NCBI GenBank assembly: GCA_963808625.1
Contig: CAWEHK010000039.1
Span: 32,001 to 96,000, forward strand
DNA: 64,000 nucleotides
Reading direction: 5' to 3'
Source: an uncultured delta proteobacterium
Lineage (GTDB): Bacteria > Desulfobacterota > Syntrophobacteria > Syntrophobacterales > Syntrophobacteraceae
Part shown: piece after piece, positions 53,800-64,000 of the stretch
How positions within the stretch are numbered: position 1 is the first letter of the stretch
Layout of the letters: each line of letters starts with the position of its first letter
Notes under the pieces: generated by a model
Database searches by the model: none
What the model saw: only the letters and a program-made list of their open reading frames with translations
Told to the model about the DNA's origin: nothing
Made by a program: the position numbers and the translations under genes

Positions 53800-53977
53800 C
53801 AGTGACCAGTGGCTAGTGCACACGGACATAAGTTCGTGCATGCCCCCGGTGGGCAAAAAAAACCTGCCCACCCTACGGAACCGGGAACACTGTAGGGTGG
53901 GCACAGGTTCTCCGTGCCCACCGGAACTGGCTACCGATTTCCGCCCAAGTGTACTAGCCACTAGCCACTAATCACTG
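53800..53977. repeat. REP-like doublet enclosed by inverted 7-nt (TAGTGGC) arms
   Basis: cagtgaccagtggctagt ... GGTGGGCA..TGCCCACCCTAC / GTAGGGTGGGCAC..GTGCCCACC ... actagccactagccactaatcactg. Confidence 0.75.
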
Positions 53978-55785
53978 CTCCTCCGCGCTCACCAGAGTGA
54001 AGGTGAATGTCGCGCCATCGGTGTGACCGGGGTTAGGGCTCTGGACCCAAATCTGGCCCCCATGATTGAGGATGATGTGTCGGCATATAGCCAATCCAAG
54101 ACCAGTATTTCCCAGATCGCTGCCGCGACTTTTCTCGATTCGGTAGAATCGTTCAAAGATTCTCTGCTGATGATATTTCGGAATGCCGGGTCCATCGTTG
54201 CTCACACTGATCGTCACAGTGTTGCCTTCCGCGTAGCCATCCACGGTAATGGTCCCGCCTTCGGGGCTATAGCGGATTCCGTTTTCGAGCAAATTCCGAA
54301 AGACTCTGACGAGTTGGTCAAGGTCAGCCGAGACGTAAACCAGCTTTGCCGGTATATTGCTTGCCAGGCTTACGTGCTTGGCCTCAGCGAGGGGAAGGCA
54401 AGCCCTCCACGCAGCCATCAGGGCTTCCGTTGGGCTCACCGGGACCGGTTTGAGACCATCCCGCCCGGCTTCCATCCTGGCCAATTGGAGCAGGTCGTCC
54501 ACGATGCGCACCATGTGATTGGTGTTCTTGAGGATCACTTCCAGGAAAGAAGAGAGCACTTCGGCCTCCGGTTGAGGTTTTGCCAGCAGCGTCTCGGTAT
54601 ATCCTTTGATGGAAGTGAGGGGAGTGCGGAGCTCATGAGAAACATTGGCTACAAAATCCTGGCGCACCTTTTCGAGCTGTTTCAGGCGGCTCATGTCGTG
54701 AAAGACGACCACTGCCCCGCCGTTCGCATCCTGGTCCGGCAAGCGAACGATGTTGACCTCAAAAGTGCGGTCGTTTCCGATGAGAATAAGCAGGTACTGA
54801 GGAGGATAAGACTGCTGATACTGATCTTTTGAAGCCAAAATACGATCACAGGCTTCCTGAAGCTCCAGACTGAGAACAACTTCAAGAGGGCGACGCCCCA
54901 AGACCTTTCCTGTGCGCCCAGCAGCTCGGAAAGAGCGCGATTGACACCTTGGATCCTTCCTTTCGAATCCAACACCATCACCCCGTCCCGCATCGCATTG
55001 AAGACGGCATCGAGCTCTTGTCGCTGCGCTGTCAAGGCCAGAAACCGGCGTCCCGTGTTTTCTGCCATGCGGTTGATGGTGTCCGCCAAAGCATACAACT
55101 CTTCGCCGGGTGTGAAATGGATGTGCTGCCTGGTGTCCCCTTCGCCAATGCTCTCCACGGCCTGAGCCACTGAGCCGAGGTCTTTTTTGAGTCTGCGGAT
55201 CAAAAAGTGACTGAGCCATGCCGCCGCGACGAAAGCCAGAGGAACGATTAGAAAAAAGAGATTTCTCAAACGCTCAACGAGGCCTTGAATTTCAGCCACG
55301 GGGGCGGCAACCCGGATGACACCGGCGGGAATTCCATCTCTTGGTTGGATGCTCCTCGCCGCAAAAACCTGCTCGCTCCCCGTAATCTTGCTGAAGCGAG
55401 TCATGAAGCCGATCTCGTCATGCAGTGCCTGGGAGATTTCCGGGCGACCTGAAAAGTCCTCCAGGTCTTTGATCTGATCAAAGGGAACCATTGAATCGGC
55501 CAATACCTGCCCGTTGTAGGCGACGTAAGTCACGCGGAGGTTGAGGGGTTTGGCAATTGCCAGAATCCACTCCTGCAATTGTTCGGGATTTTGAAATTCC
55601 TCGTGCTGAGCCATCAAGGAACAAACGAGATTCAGTTGCTGGGTCAGGTTTTGTTTTACCTCGTTATGGATGCCATAGTGCAGCTTTGTATAGGCATACC
55701 ATGAAGGGAAGATGAGGGTGAGGGCCAGCAACCCCCAAAGCGAAAGGATGAGGATCGTTCTGAAAGAAACACTATCGCGCATCAC
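53972..55785 (-). CDS. phoR: Sensor histidine kinase PhoR (frameshifts near 54900)
   Basis: TM-HAMP-PAS; FVANVSHELRTPLTSI, NLLENG, DGPGI, GLGLAI. Confidence 0.88.
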
Positions 55786-55858
55786 CCGGCCTCGTGAATT
55801 TCATGTGGGCAGACGCCCGCAAAGCATAAAGACGATCCCTCGGGTTCCAGAGCTCATA

Positions 55859-55891
55859 CACTCAGCACCCAGCACTCAGCACCCAGCACTA
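55859..55891 (-). repeat. 7-nt array (GTGCTGR) starting at the phoB stop
   Basis: Minus strand TAGtgctgggtgctgagtgctgggtgctgagtg. Confidence 0.8.
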
Positions 55892-56576
55892 CTTCTTCCC
55901 TAAACGATAGCCGACACCGCGCACGGTCTCGACCCAGTGAGAGTAAGCGCCGAGCTTCTGGCGCAGGCGCCGCACGTGGGTGTCTACGGTTCGGGCATAA
56001 CCTTCGAACTGATATCCCCAGACTTTATCAAGCAGTTGCTCGCGGGTCTGCACTTTTCCCCGGCTGCGAACGAGTTCCACCAGCAGCTTGAATTCGGTCG
56101 CGGTAAGCAGGATCTCTTCGCCATCAGTGCTCACTTGATGCCCTTCGAAGTCGATGCGAAGCCCTTCATTTTGCCAGACCGACTTCCGCCATCGGTTCTC
56201 CCGAGGAGCGGCGCAAAATGGCGCGGACACGCAGCATCAGCTCCCGAGGACTAAAGGGTTTGACCACATAGTCGTCGGCCCCCAGCTCCAAACCCACAAT
56301 GCGGTCAACCTCTTCTCCCCTTGCGGTCAGCATGATCACCGGAATGTTCCGGGTTTCCGCGCTTCTTTTGAGTTCTTTGCAGACTTCAAAGCCGTCGAGC
56401 CCTGGAATCATCAAATCGAGCAGGATCAGGTCGGGAAGGCGCTGCTTGGCCATGGTGAGGGCTGCGTAGCCTTCCTCGCAGGTCAGGACCTCGTATCCTG
56501 CAGCCCGAAGATTATAAGCCAAGAGCCCGAGAATATCGTTATCGTCTTCCACAACCAGGATGCTGACTTTGGACAT
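55889..56576 (-). CDS. phoB: OmpR/PhoB-family response regulator (frameshift near 56200)
   Basis: REC domain plus LTATEF...[11 protein letters not shown]...TVRGVGY; upstream of phoR-pstB-phoU. Confidence 0.88.
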
Positions 56577-56621
56577 GCTCCACTCCCGATGAATTCAACC
56601 ATGCAAAGGGACCATGCCTCG

Positions 56622-56661
56622 ATGACGCATTCGTGACCGTAATGTTACAGCTCAGTTACAT
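56622..56661 (-). promoter_or_regulatory. Pho boxes upstream of phoB
   Basis: Minus strand ATGTAAC-N4-CTGTAAC-N4-CGGTCAC-N4-GCGTCAT: four half-sites at exact 11-bp period. Confidence 0.8.
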
Positions 56662-56789
56662 TGTCTTCTGATTCGGCAAAAAAGGCAATTCGTTCCTGTC
56701 ACGAAAATACCTCGAAACCGAAACACTCCCGTCAAAAGAGCGGTGTTAAAAGCAAGCGTGACACATTCCAATGAGCGAAGGACTTAACG

Positions 56790-57481
56790 ATGCAAACACT
56801 CAGTCTAAACAACGACCTCTTGAAGGACATTTTCAAGTATGCGAAACCACTGGGGCATAACGAAAAGCCGGCCAATCTGAATCTTGGTTTTGGCTTCCTA
56901 TACTATGGCCTGGTAAGGGCGCTGCGCCCCCGGCATGTCCTGGTGATCGGCTCCGGCTTTGGTTTCAGCCTGGTCTGCCTGGCCCTCGGGCTCAAGGACA
57001 ATGACCAGGGCAGCTTACTTTCGTCGATCCCGCGTATTCCTTGTTGAAAGACGGACCGTTCAAGACCATCGGCGGCACCGGGAAATGGAGCGATCCTCAA
57101 AAGGTGCATGACCATTTCAAGCTCTTTGAAGTTGAGGACTTCATCACCCACCACAAGCTGAGAAGTGATGAGTTCTTCCCGTCCTATGCAAGCCTTCGGC
57201 TTCCTGAAATTGATGTTGCGTTCATTGATGGCAGTCATGCTTATAAAGACGTCAAGTATGATTTCCTCAGGACCTTGGAGCATTCGCACAAAAACACCTA
57301 CATCTTCTTACACGACACCCACATTTACATTCGCGAAATGCTGCACCATGCGGGTGTCAAACGTTGGCTGAAAATCCTGAAAAGGGAAGAGGAATTCTTT
57401 GAGGTCATCAATTTTCCCTTCTCTTCAGGCGTGGCCCTGGTTCGAGTGATGCAAGACACCGTATGGAAGTATACGAAATAA
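56790..57481 (+). CDS. Class I SAM-dependent methyltransferase (Methyltransf_24-like; frameshift near 57025)
   Basis: LVIGSGFGFS, AFIDGSHAY, IFLHD. Confidence 0.75.
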
Positions 57482-58195
57482 GAGCTTTCGCAGGCATCTT
57501 CGTCGTTTCCGGACTGTTACTTGTTCTTGGTTTCGTTTATTGGCGTTACGTCTGGTTCTTTCGGAACCCCCCCAGAAATCCTCCCCCCGGAACGGGAATC
57601 CTGAGCCCGGCAGACGGCACGGTCGTCTACGCCAGGATTGTGGAACCCGAAGAGGACGTGATCACCGATCAAGCGGGGCGCCAGGGTTTCGGTCAACGAC
57701 ATCGTGCGCGAGCACCTCACCCTGAGGAAAGTCTTGATCGGGATCTTCATGAGTCCTTTCGACGTCCATTTCAATCGTGCGCCCCTCTCCGGGCAAATCC
57801 AGTTCATCCGTCATTATCCCGCCGTTAAGAAAAATGTCCACATGGGATCGATGCATTTGCGCACGGTCTTGAAACTCGCCCCCCTCTCCAAAAACAGTCT
57901 GCATATTGTGCAGAACGAGAGGACCATCACGAAAATTGACGGAGAGTTCAAGGGAGACGCCCTCTCCTGCTATGTGATCCAAATCGCCGGGGGGAGTGTC
58001 CGAGGGATCGATAGTTACTTTCGGGAAGGGGAAAAAGTTGAACGAGGAGCGATCTTCGGGATGATCCGCATTGGCTCCCAGGTGGATCTTATCGTTCCTC
58101 TAAAGGAAGGAATGAAAATGAGGGTGCATCCGGGGCAAAGGGTGCGCGCCGGGGAAACGGTGCTCATTGAATATGAAAAGGATACTAAACTATGA
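57463..58195 (+). CDS. Phosphatidylserine decarboxylase family protein (frameshift near 57665)
   Basis: FFRNP, SPADG, IFMSPFDVHFNRAP, NER, QIAG, IGSQVD cleavage site. Confidence 0.85.
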
Positions 58196-60646
58196 AAGTC
58201 GATCTGCACGTCCACTCCAAGTACTCGAAGCGGCCCGCTGAGTGGATCCTTCAAAAGCTCGGCTGCCCTGAGAGTTTCACCGAACCTTTTCAGGTCTACG
58301 GATCGCCAAGGAAAAGGGGATGTCACTGGTCACGATTACCGATCACAATACCATTGCCGGCTGCCTGGAAATCGCCCATCTCCCCGATGTCTTCATCAGC
58401 GAAGAGGTGACAACGTATTTCCCGCAGGACCGGTGCAAGGCTCACGTCCTGGTTTACAATATCGACGAAGAGATTCATCACGAGATCCAGAAGGTGCGGG
58501 AAAGCATCTTTGATCTCGTGGCTTACCTGCACGCCAAGGGGATCGTTCATGCGCTGGCGCACCCCCTCTTTGCCGTCAATGATCGCTTGACCATCGAGCA
58601 TTTCGAACAGTTCCTGCTGCTGTTCCGGAACTTTGAACTGAACGGGGCGCGGCATGACGACCAGAACCGTCATTTGCAGTACATCCTGTCCGGTTTGACA
58701 CCAGCCGATATCGAGAGGCTGGCGAACAAACATGGCATATCGCCGCTTTTTGAAAGACCGTGGCAGAAGCACCTCACGGGAGGTTCCGACGATCACAGCT
58801 CGCTGAATATCGCCCGACAATATACGGACATAGCCATCACCGGCAACGCGGATGAGTTCCTGCGAGCGATTGAAACCGATCAGACAAGGATCGTTGGCCG
58901 CCCATCGACGGCGCAAACCATGGCCCACAATCTCTATGGCATTGCCTACCAATTCTACAAGAATAAATTCAACCTCGAGCGCCATGTGGATAAGGACATT
59001 TTCTTGAGGTTTCTCGATCGTTTTCTCCAGAACGATCAGCAGGAAAGCGGTCTGTTCACAAAGCTCTACTCGCTCTGGAATCACCGCAAACGGCCCAGGA
59101 ACAATGGCGCGGCGCCGCACCGGGTGCAGGATGTGCTGCGTCATGAAACGCTGAGACTCATATGGGACGACCCGGAACTCATGGACATGGTCAAAAATGG
59201 TGGCAACGGCGGAGCTAACCCTGACAACAAATGGTTCCAGTTCGTCAACCAACTCTCAAACAAGGTGCTCGCCCATTTTGGTAATCATATACTGGACAAC
59301 CTTTCCGGGGCGAACTTGTTCAAAATGTTCCATTCCCTCGGTTCCGCCGGCGCCCTCTACGCGGTCCTTGCCCCATACTTCGTGGCCTTCTCGATGTTCG
59401 CAAAAGAAAAACAACTTTCTGAACAAATCCTGGAAAGATTCACGAGCGGGCGACTCACCGGGCAGGCGAAAAAGCGAAGGCGTCAGGGTGGCTCATTTCA
59501 CGGACACCTACTATGATGTAAACGGCGTTGCGCTTACCCTGCAACATCAGGTGCAAATGGCCCTGAAAACGAAGAAGAACCTGACGGTGATCACGTGCAA
59601 CGCCGAACATCGGCCCCATGGCAAGGGAGTGCAGAATTTCCAGCCGGTCGGCGTGCAGGAGGTGCCCGAATATCCGGAACTCAAGCTCTTTCGTTCCCCC
59701 ATTCCTGGAAATACTCAATTATTGCTACGAACAAGGTTTCACCCAGATCCATGCGGCAACTCCCGGCCCCATCGGACTGGCGGCCCTGGCAATCGCACGC
59801 ATTTTCAAGCTGCCCATTTGTGGGACCTACCACACGGCGTTGCCCCAATACGCTCAATATTTGACGGGCGACAATACGATTGAAGACCTCGTATGGCGAT
59901 TCACCATGTGGTACTACGAACAGATGGATTACGTATATGTTCCTTCGAGGAGCACCGCTCAGGAGTTGATTCAGAAGGGGATCCGACCTGAGCGGATAAG
60001 GTTTTTCCCCCGCGGTGTCGATATCCGGCGTTTCCACCCGTCTAAACGAAACCCTCAGTTCCTTCGCGATCGCTTCCAGATCGGTGACGGGATGAAATTG
60101 CTCTATGTGGGCCGCATCTCCAAAGAAAAGGATCTTCCGCTCCTGGCAGAGGTCTTTAAAACGCTGTGGAAGGCGCATGAAGAATTGCAGCTTATCGTTG
60201 TTGGAGACGGACCTTATCTCAACGAACTTCGGGAAAGCATGAAAGGCAGTCCTTGTGTATTCACCGGTTACCTGGAAGGGGAGGACCTTGCAACCGTCTA
60301 CGCCTCCTGTGACCTCTTTGTTTTCCCGAGCACCACGGATACCTTCGGCAATGTGGTCCTGGAGGCCCAGGCTTCAGGAATTCCAGTGGCCGTTACGGAC
60401 TCGGGCGGGCCGCAGGAAAACGTTATCCCGGAAAAAACCGGTCTCGTAGTCGAAGCGCATAATGCCGAAAGTTTGCTGTATGCGATTCGCTGGTTCATCC
60501 GCAGTCCCCTCTGCCGGAAGCGGATGGGCGAGGCTGCCCGGCGCTATATGGAAGACCGCTCCTTCGAAAACGCTTTCGACGAAACCTGGGAAATGTATCA
60601 GACCGGGCACATAGTCCCGGAATGCTCGCTGGATGAAGCCGTATGA
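58192..60646 (+). CDS. PHP-domain / GT4 glycosyltransferase fusion (frameshifts near 58300, 59465 and 59695)
   Basis: DLHVHS, TITDHN, AHP, GGSDDH; then FTDTYYDVNGVA, TYHT, YVGRISKEK, DTFGNVVLEAQASG. Confidence 0.85.
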
Positions 60647-61062
60647 ACCGCTTACTCTCCTATTGCTCGCACTGACAATCATCACATTTATCACATCTGT
60701 CAACAAATCTTCACAGAGCCTTCAACTGATCTTCATAAATCACCTCTAGGATAACCATCCAGATGGGAACTCTTCTGAGCCTCACCCCTGAGGCTGAGTC
60801 GAGTGGGGGGAAGTCCGACGCACCAAAAGATCCCTCCCCCCTCTCGGCTCTCTTGTGGGAACGGCTCAAGGGAAGTTTTCGGCATACCAGATAGAAAGAG
60901 GAGGAAGGATCTGCATAGTATTGACAAGGGAATCACCACAAGTGATCGTGCGGGGGGCATGAATCCAACGTGGTGGGAGACTGAAGAGCTTATGCGATTC
61001 GTGCACGAGCAAGACTCAGTGGTAACTTTGATGCCTCAAGCACAACATTGGAGAGGGTGATC

Positions 61063-61530
61063 ATGGCGAAGATTCTGGTGGTGGATGATGAGAAGCATAT
61101 TCGGGAATTGTATTCCCTGGAGTTGGTGAGCGAGGGATATGTCGTTGAAACACGAGCATCTTGCGTCAACCTCCTCCGTGACATAGAGACTTCAAAGCCC
61201 AATTTGATCATTTTGGATATCCGCCTGGTTGATGACGATGGGTTGGAGATGCTGCTGGAGATTCGTGAACACTATCCCGACGTGCCAGTCATTATGTGCA
61301 GTGCGTATGACTCATACCGATACGATGCCAGGACCATTGCCGCAGACGCCTACGTGGTGAAGTCTTTTGATCTCAGCGAATTGAAAATGAAGATAAGACG
61401 AGCGCTCGAGGGAAAGCTTCCGGCGAGTTTGACCCTTATGACGCAGTTTGGTGAGGTCAGAAATGGCAAGGCGAAGGGGGCCGAAAGATTGGCGATCAGA
61501 AGGGGTACAGAATGTACTGGATTGCAATAA
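61063..61530 (+). CDS. Single-domain response regulator
   Basis: LVVDDE, ILDIRL, MCSAY, VVKS. Confidence 0.88.
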   Translation: MAKILVVDDEKHIRELYSLELVSEGYVVETRASCVNLLRDIETSKPNLIILDIRLVDDDGLEMLLEIREHYPDVPVIMCSAYDSYRYDARTIAADAYVVKSFDLSELKMKIRRALEGKLPASLTLMTQFGEVRNGKAKGAERLAIRRGTECTGLQ

Positions 61531-62032
61531 TGGTCACGCTTGTCGGTGGGATCGTTGCAGTGGCGGCTATCGTGCATAGGTCAGCAAGGAGCTGCGATCT
61601 ATACATGCCGGATTTGGAAGATATCCTTTAGTCGAGCGTGCCCTGGTGGGGGTGTTGTCACCTCAACCGTGCCATCAGGATGGGGCTGAACTCGATACAT
61701 CCGCCCATCTGTTTGCCTCCGGCAGCGCTGGGAATGACTTCCTTCCTGTCAAACTTGGAAATGGCTTCCAAACCGTGATTCTGAGGAGCCCTCCGCAGTG
61801 ACTCCGCCAGCGATGGCAGGCGCGCGGTGGTTGCGACCCTCTGCATGCTGTCTATTTTTTTGTCACGTGCAATGATTTCGGAATACCCAAAAACGACACT
61901 CTCCTGAATAGAGTCGCTGGCGATTTTGGAAAGGCAGAACGGCTTTCCCCGCGCATGGCGATATGCTCACCTGCATTCTCCATCCCCCTCCTGGCTAATT
62001 GTCCGTGCCGGCAGTTTTGAGCCTCGGAGGCG

Positions 62033-62072
62033 CTGTCGTGAACTCTTCGCTTGAATGTCACGAGTTCGTAAC
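62033..62072 (+). promoter_or_regulatory. Putative Pho boxes upstream of the dehydrogenase-phnX genes
   Basis: CTGTCGT (62033), ATGTCAC (62055), TCGTAAC (62066) in 11-bp register. Confidence 0.6.
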
Positions 62073-62141
62073 AGTTGCCCTCTATTCCCGTACAGACGCG
62101 CTCAAGGTGCACATTCAAAACTGGAACAGAAGGAAGGAATC

Positions 62142-63326
62142 ATGAAGATCTTCTGTTTGGGTGGGGCTGGCAGAATCTGCCGGGAAGCCGCGCTCGATCT
62201 TGTGAAATTCGCTCGAGTCGATCGCCTGACGATCGGCGACCTTGATCAGGAAACAGGGCAGGGCGTGGTAAGATGGCTCAATGATGAGCGTGTTGACTTC
62301 AAGAGAATCGATATCCTTGACCGTGCGAGTGCCATTGCAATCATGCGTGGCTATAACGTCGTCGTGGACGGCACGGCCATATCACTCAACGGCCGGTCTA
62401 CTGCCTGCATCGCCGAGGCGGGAGCGCACGGCATCAATCTGAATGGTTTCGGGGAAGAGTACCAATTCGATCAAAGGTTTAAGGACAATGGTCGCATCTT
62501 TATCCCTGGTTTTGGCATGACCCCGGGAACGACGAACATGATGGCAAAATACGCCGCCAGTCGGATGGATACCGTAGAAACCGTCCGCATCAGCCACGGG
62601 GCCTTTCGACCAGTGGCCTTTTCCGCGTCTATCGCAGAAACGACAACTTATGAATATGATCCTGACCTTCCGGGCCGTGTGGTGTATGAAGATGGGCAAT
62701 TCATCCAGGTTCCTCCTTTTGCACGACCCCTGGAGGTTGAGCTTCCCGAACCCTACGGCAAGCATGTTCAGTACATCATTCCCCATTCCGAAACGAAGAC
62801 CCTGGCAACTTACCTTGCCGACAAGAAGGTCAAACTCATCGAGGTGCGGGGCACCTGGCCCGCGAAGAATATGCAGTTGATCAAAGCGCTCTATGAGTGG
62901 GGATTTTTGCGCAACGACAAGGTGAAGATGGGTAACGCCGAATTTGGCATTATGGATGCCATTGCAGCTTATCTGATCCAGGCCCCCGAAGGGAGAACTG
63001 CCGAATTATGCGGATACGCCCTCCATGTGGAAGTGGTCGGAAGCAGGGACGGCCAAAAGATCAGGCATGTCCTGTGGCATACTCACCCGGCATCGGATGG
63101 TTCGGTGACCGGTTGGGAGGGTCTTCGCGCCTATACTCGCTGTGTCGGGATTCCTCTTGCCGTCGGGGCGCATTTGATCGCTCAAGGGAAAGCGCTGGGG
63201 TGTGGTGTGGTTATTCCAGAGTACGCTTTTGAACCAACTGCAGTATTTGAAGAACTTAGGAGGAGGGAGATTTTTATCCATGAGAGAACTGGCGCTTTTG
63301 ATGCCCATGCGTCACGGCGGGAGTGA
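62142..63326 (+). CDS. Saccharopine dehydrogenase / lysine 6-dehydrogenase family oxidoreductase
   Basis: Rossmann LGGAGRIC, GFGMTPGTTN, HSE motif, GVVIPE C-terminus. Confidence 0.82.
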   Translation: MKIFCLGGAGRICREAALDLVKFARVDRLTIGDLDQETGQGVVRWLNDERVDFKRIDILDRASAIAIMRGYNVVVDGTAISLNGRSTACIAEAGAHGINLNGFGEEYQFDQRFKDNGRIFIPGFGMTPGTTNMMAKYAASRMDTVETVRISHGAFRPVAFSASIAETTTYEYDPDLPGRVVYEDGQFIQVPPFARPLEVELPEPYGKHVQYIIPHSETKTLATYLADKKVKLIEVRGTWPAKNMQLIKALYEWGFLRNDKVKMGNAEFGIMDAIAAYLIQAPEGRTAELCGYALHVEVVGSRDGQKIRHVLWHTHPASDGSVTGWEGLRAYTRCVGIPLAVGAHLIAQGKALGCGVVIPEYAFEPTAVFEELRRREIFIHERTGAFDAHASRRE

Positions 63327-63485
63327 CGACAGGTGAAGCATGGTTGATCAATCGCCCGACTCTGAAACGAGTCATCATGGTCATTTGTGCTGTGGCGCCG
63401 CGGCCGGGGGCCGGTGGCAAGCGACAGCAGCGTTGATTGGTATTTGTTGAGGACAGCATGAACGAGAAATTCAGGGAGCATTCCG

Positions 63486-64000
63486 ATGCCAGTTCTAAAT
63501 CGCAACATACCCTATACAGGTCGCGTCCAGGCGGTCGTTCTTGATTGGGCTGGGACGGCTGTTGACTATGGCTGTGTTGGTCCGGTCGCCGTGTTTGTTG
63601 AGGTGTTCCACGATTTTGGGGTCGAGATTACCATTGCGGAAGCAAGAGCGCCCATGGGATTGATGAAGAAGGACCATATCCGGGCGATCTGCGGCATGGA
63701 GACCGTTGCGGAAAGGTGGGAGAGGATCCGTGGACGCCAACCGGGGGAGGATGATGTCGAAGCGATGTATCGCCAGGTGGAACCGCTTATGGAGTCAATG
63801 GTCGCCCGATATTCCGAGCCTATCCCCGGGCTGATCGAGGCCGTAGCAGCCTTCCGCCTCCAGGGGATCAAATTAGGCTCGACCACCGGCTACACGCGCT
63901 CCATGATGGAGGTGCTCGTTCCTCTTGCAGAAGCGAAAGGATACCGGCCTGATGCAACGGTCTGCCCATCGGACGTTCCCGCCGGGAGGCCTTACCCATG
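63486..64000 (+). CDS. phnX: Phosphonoacetaldehyde hydrolase (phosphonatase), truncated by the window end
   Basis: Translated by hand: VVLDWAGTAVDYG, EARAPMGLMKKDHIR (Schiff-base Lys), GSTTGY, AGRPYP; RBS AGGGAG. Confidence 0.92.
   Translation, partial: MPVLNRNIPYTGRVQAVVLDWAGTAVDYGCVGPVAVFVEVFHDFGVEITIAEARAPMGLMKKDHIRAICGMETVAERWERIRGRQPGEDDVEAMYRQVEPLMESMVARYSEPIPGLIEAVAAFRLQGIKLGSTTGYTRSMMEVLVPLAEAKGYRPDATVCPSDVPAGRPYP

Noticed and set aside
48805..56576. Convergent pstSCA versus phoBR-pstB-phoU as a repeat-mediated inversion
   Set aside because: Separation of pstB-phoU from pstSCA occurs in other Desulfobacterota, and no matching breakpoint repeat is visible at the far end.

Overview
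GC-rich bacterial chromosome segment. Gene content (orphan NuoEFG/HydABC-like module, TauE-USP-PEP-utilizer cluster, PorC/D) suggests an anaerobic Desulfobacterota, probably Syntrophobacterales-like; this is inference. It holds about 50 genes: housekeeping genes (purB, nfo, ilvA, ftsH, folP, coaX, mpl, queH), an exosortase/IPTL-CTERM surface-protein locus with a sigma-54-driven DUF1566 repeat protein, and a large Pho-regulon island (pstSCA, phoB-phoR-pstB-phoU, a methyltransferase-PSD-PHP/GT4 operon, and a saccharopine-dehydrogenase-like gene plus phnX) with visible 11-bp-periodic Pho boxes. At least 16 genes are broken by small indels, most likely long-read sequencing errors. The most striking unexplained signal is a dispersed family of 7-nt-period tandem arrays with several different unit sequences. 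Most start at or across stop codons with the G/purine-rich strand sense, and at 51.7-52.3 kb they form inverted arms around a four-helix-bundle (23S-IVS/Avd-like) gene. A parallel 9-nt-period family and several REP-like palindromes are also present. No rRNA, tRNA, CRISPR array, transposase or reverse transcriptase was seen.
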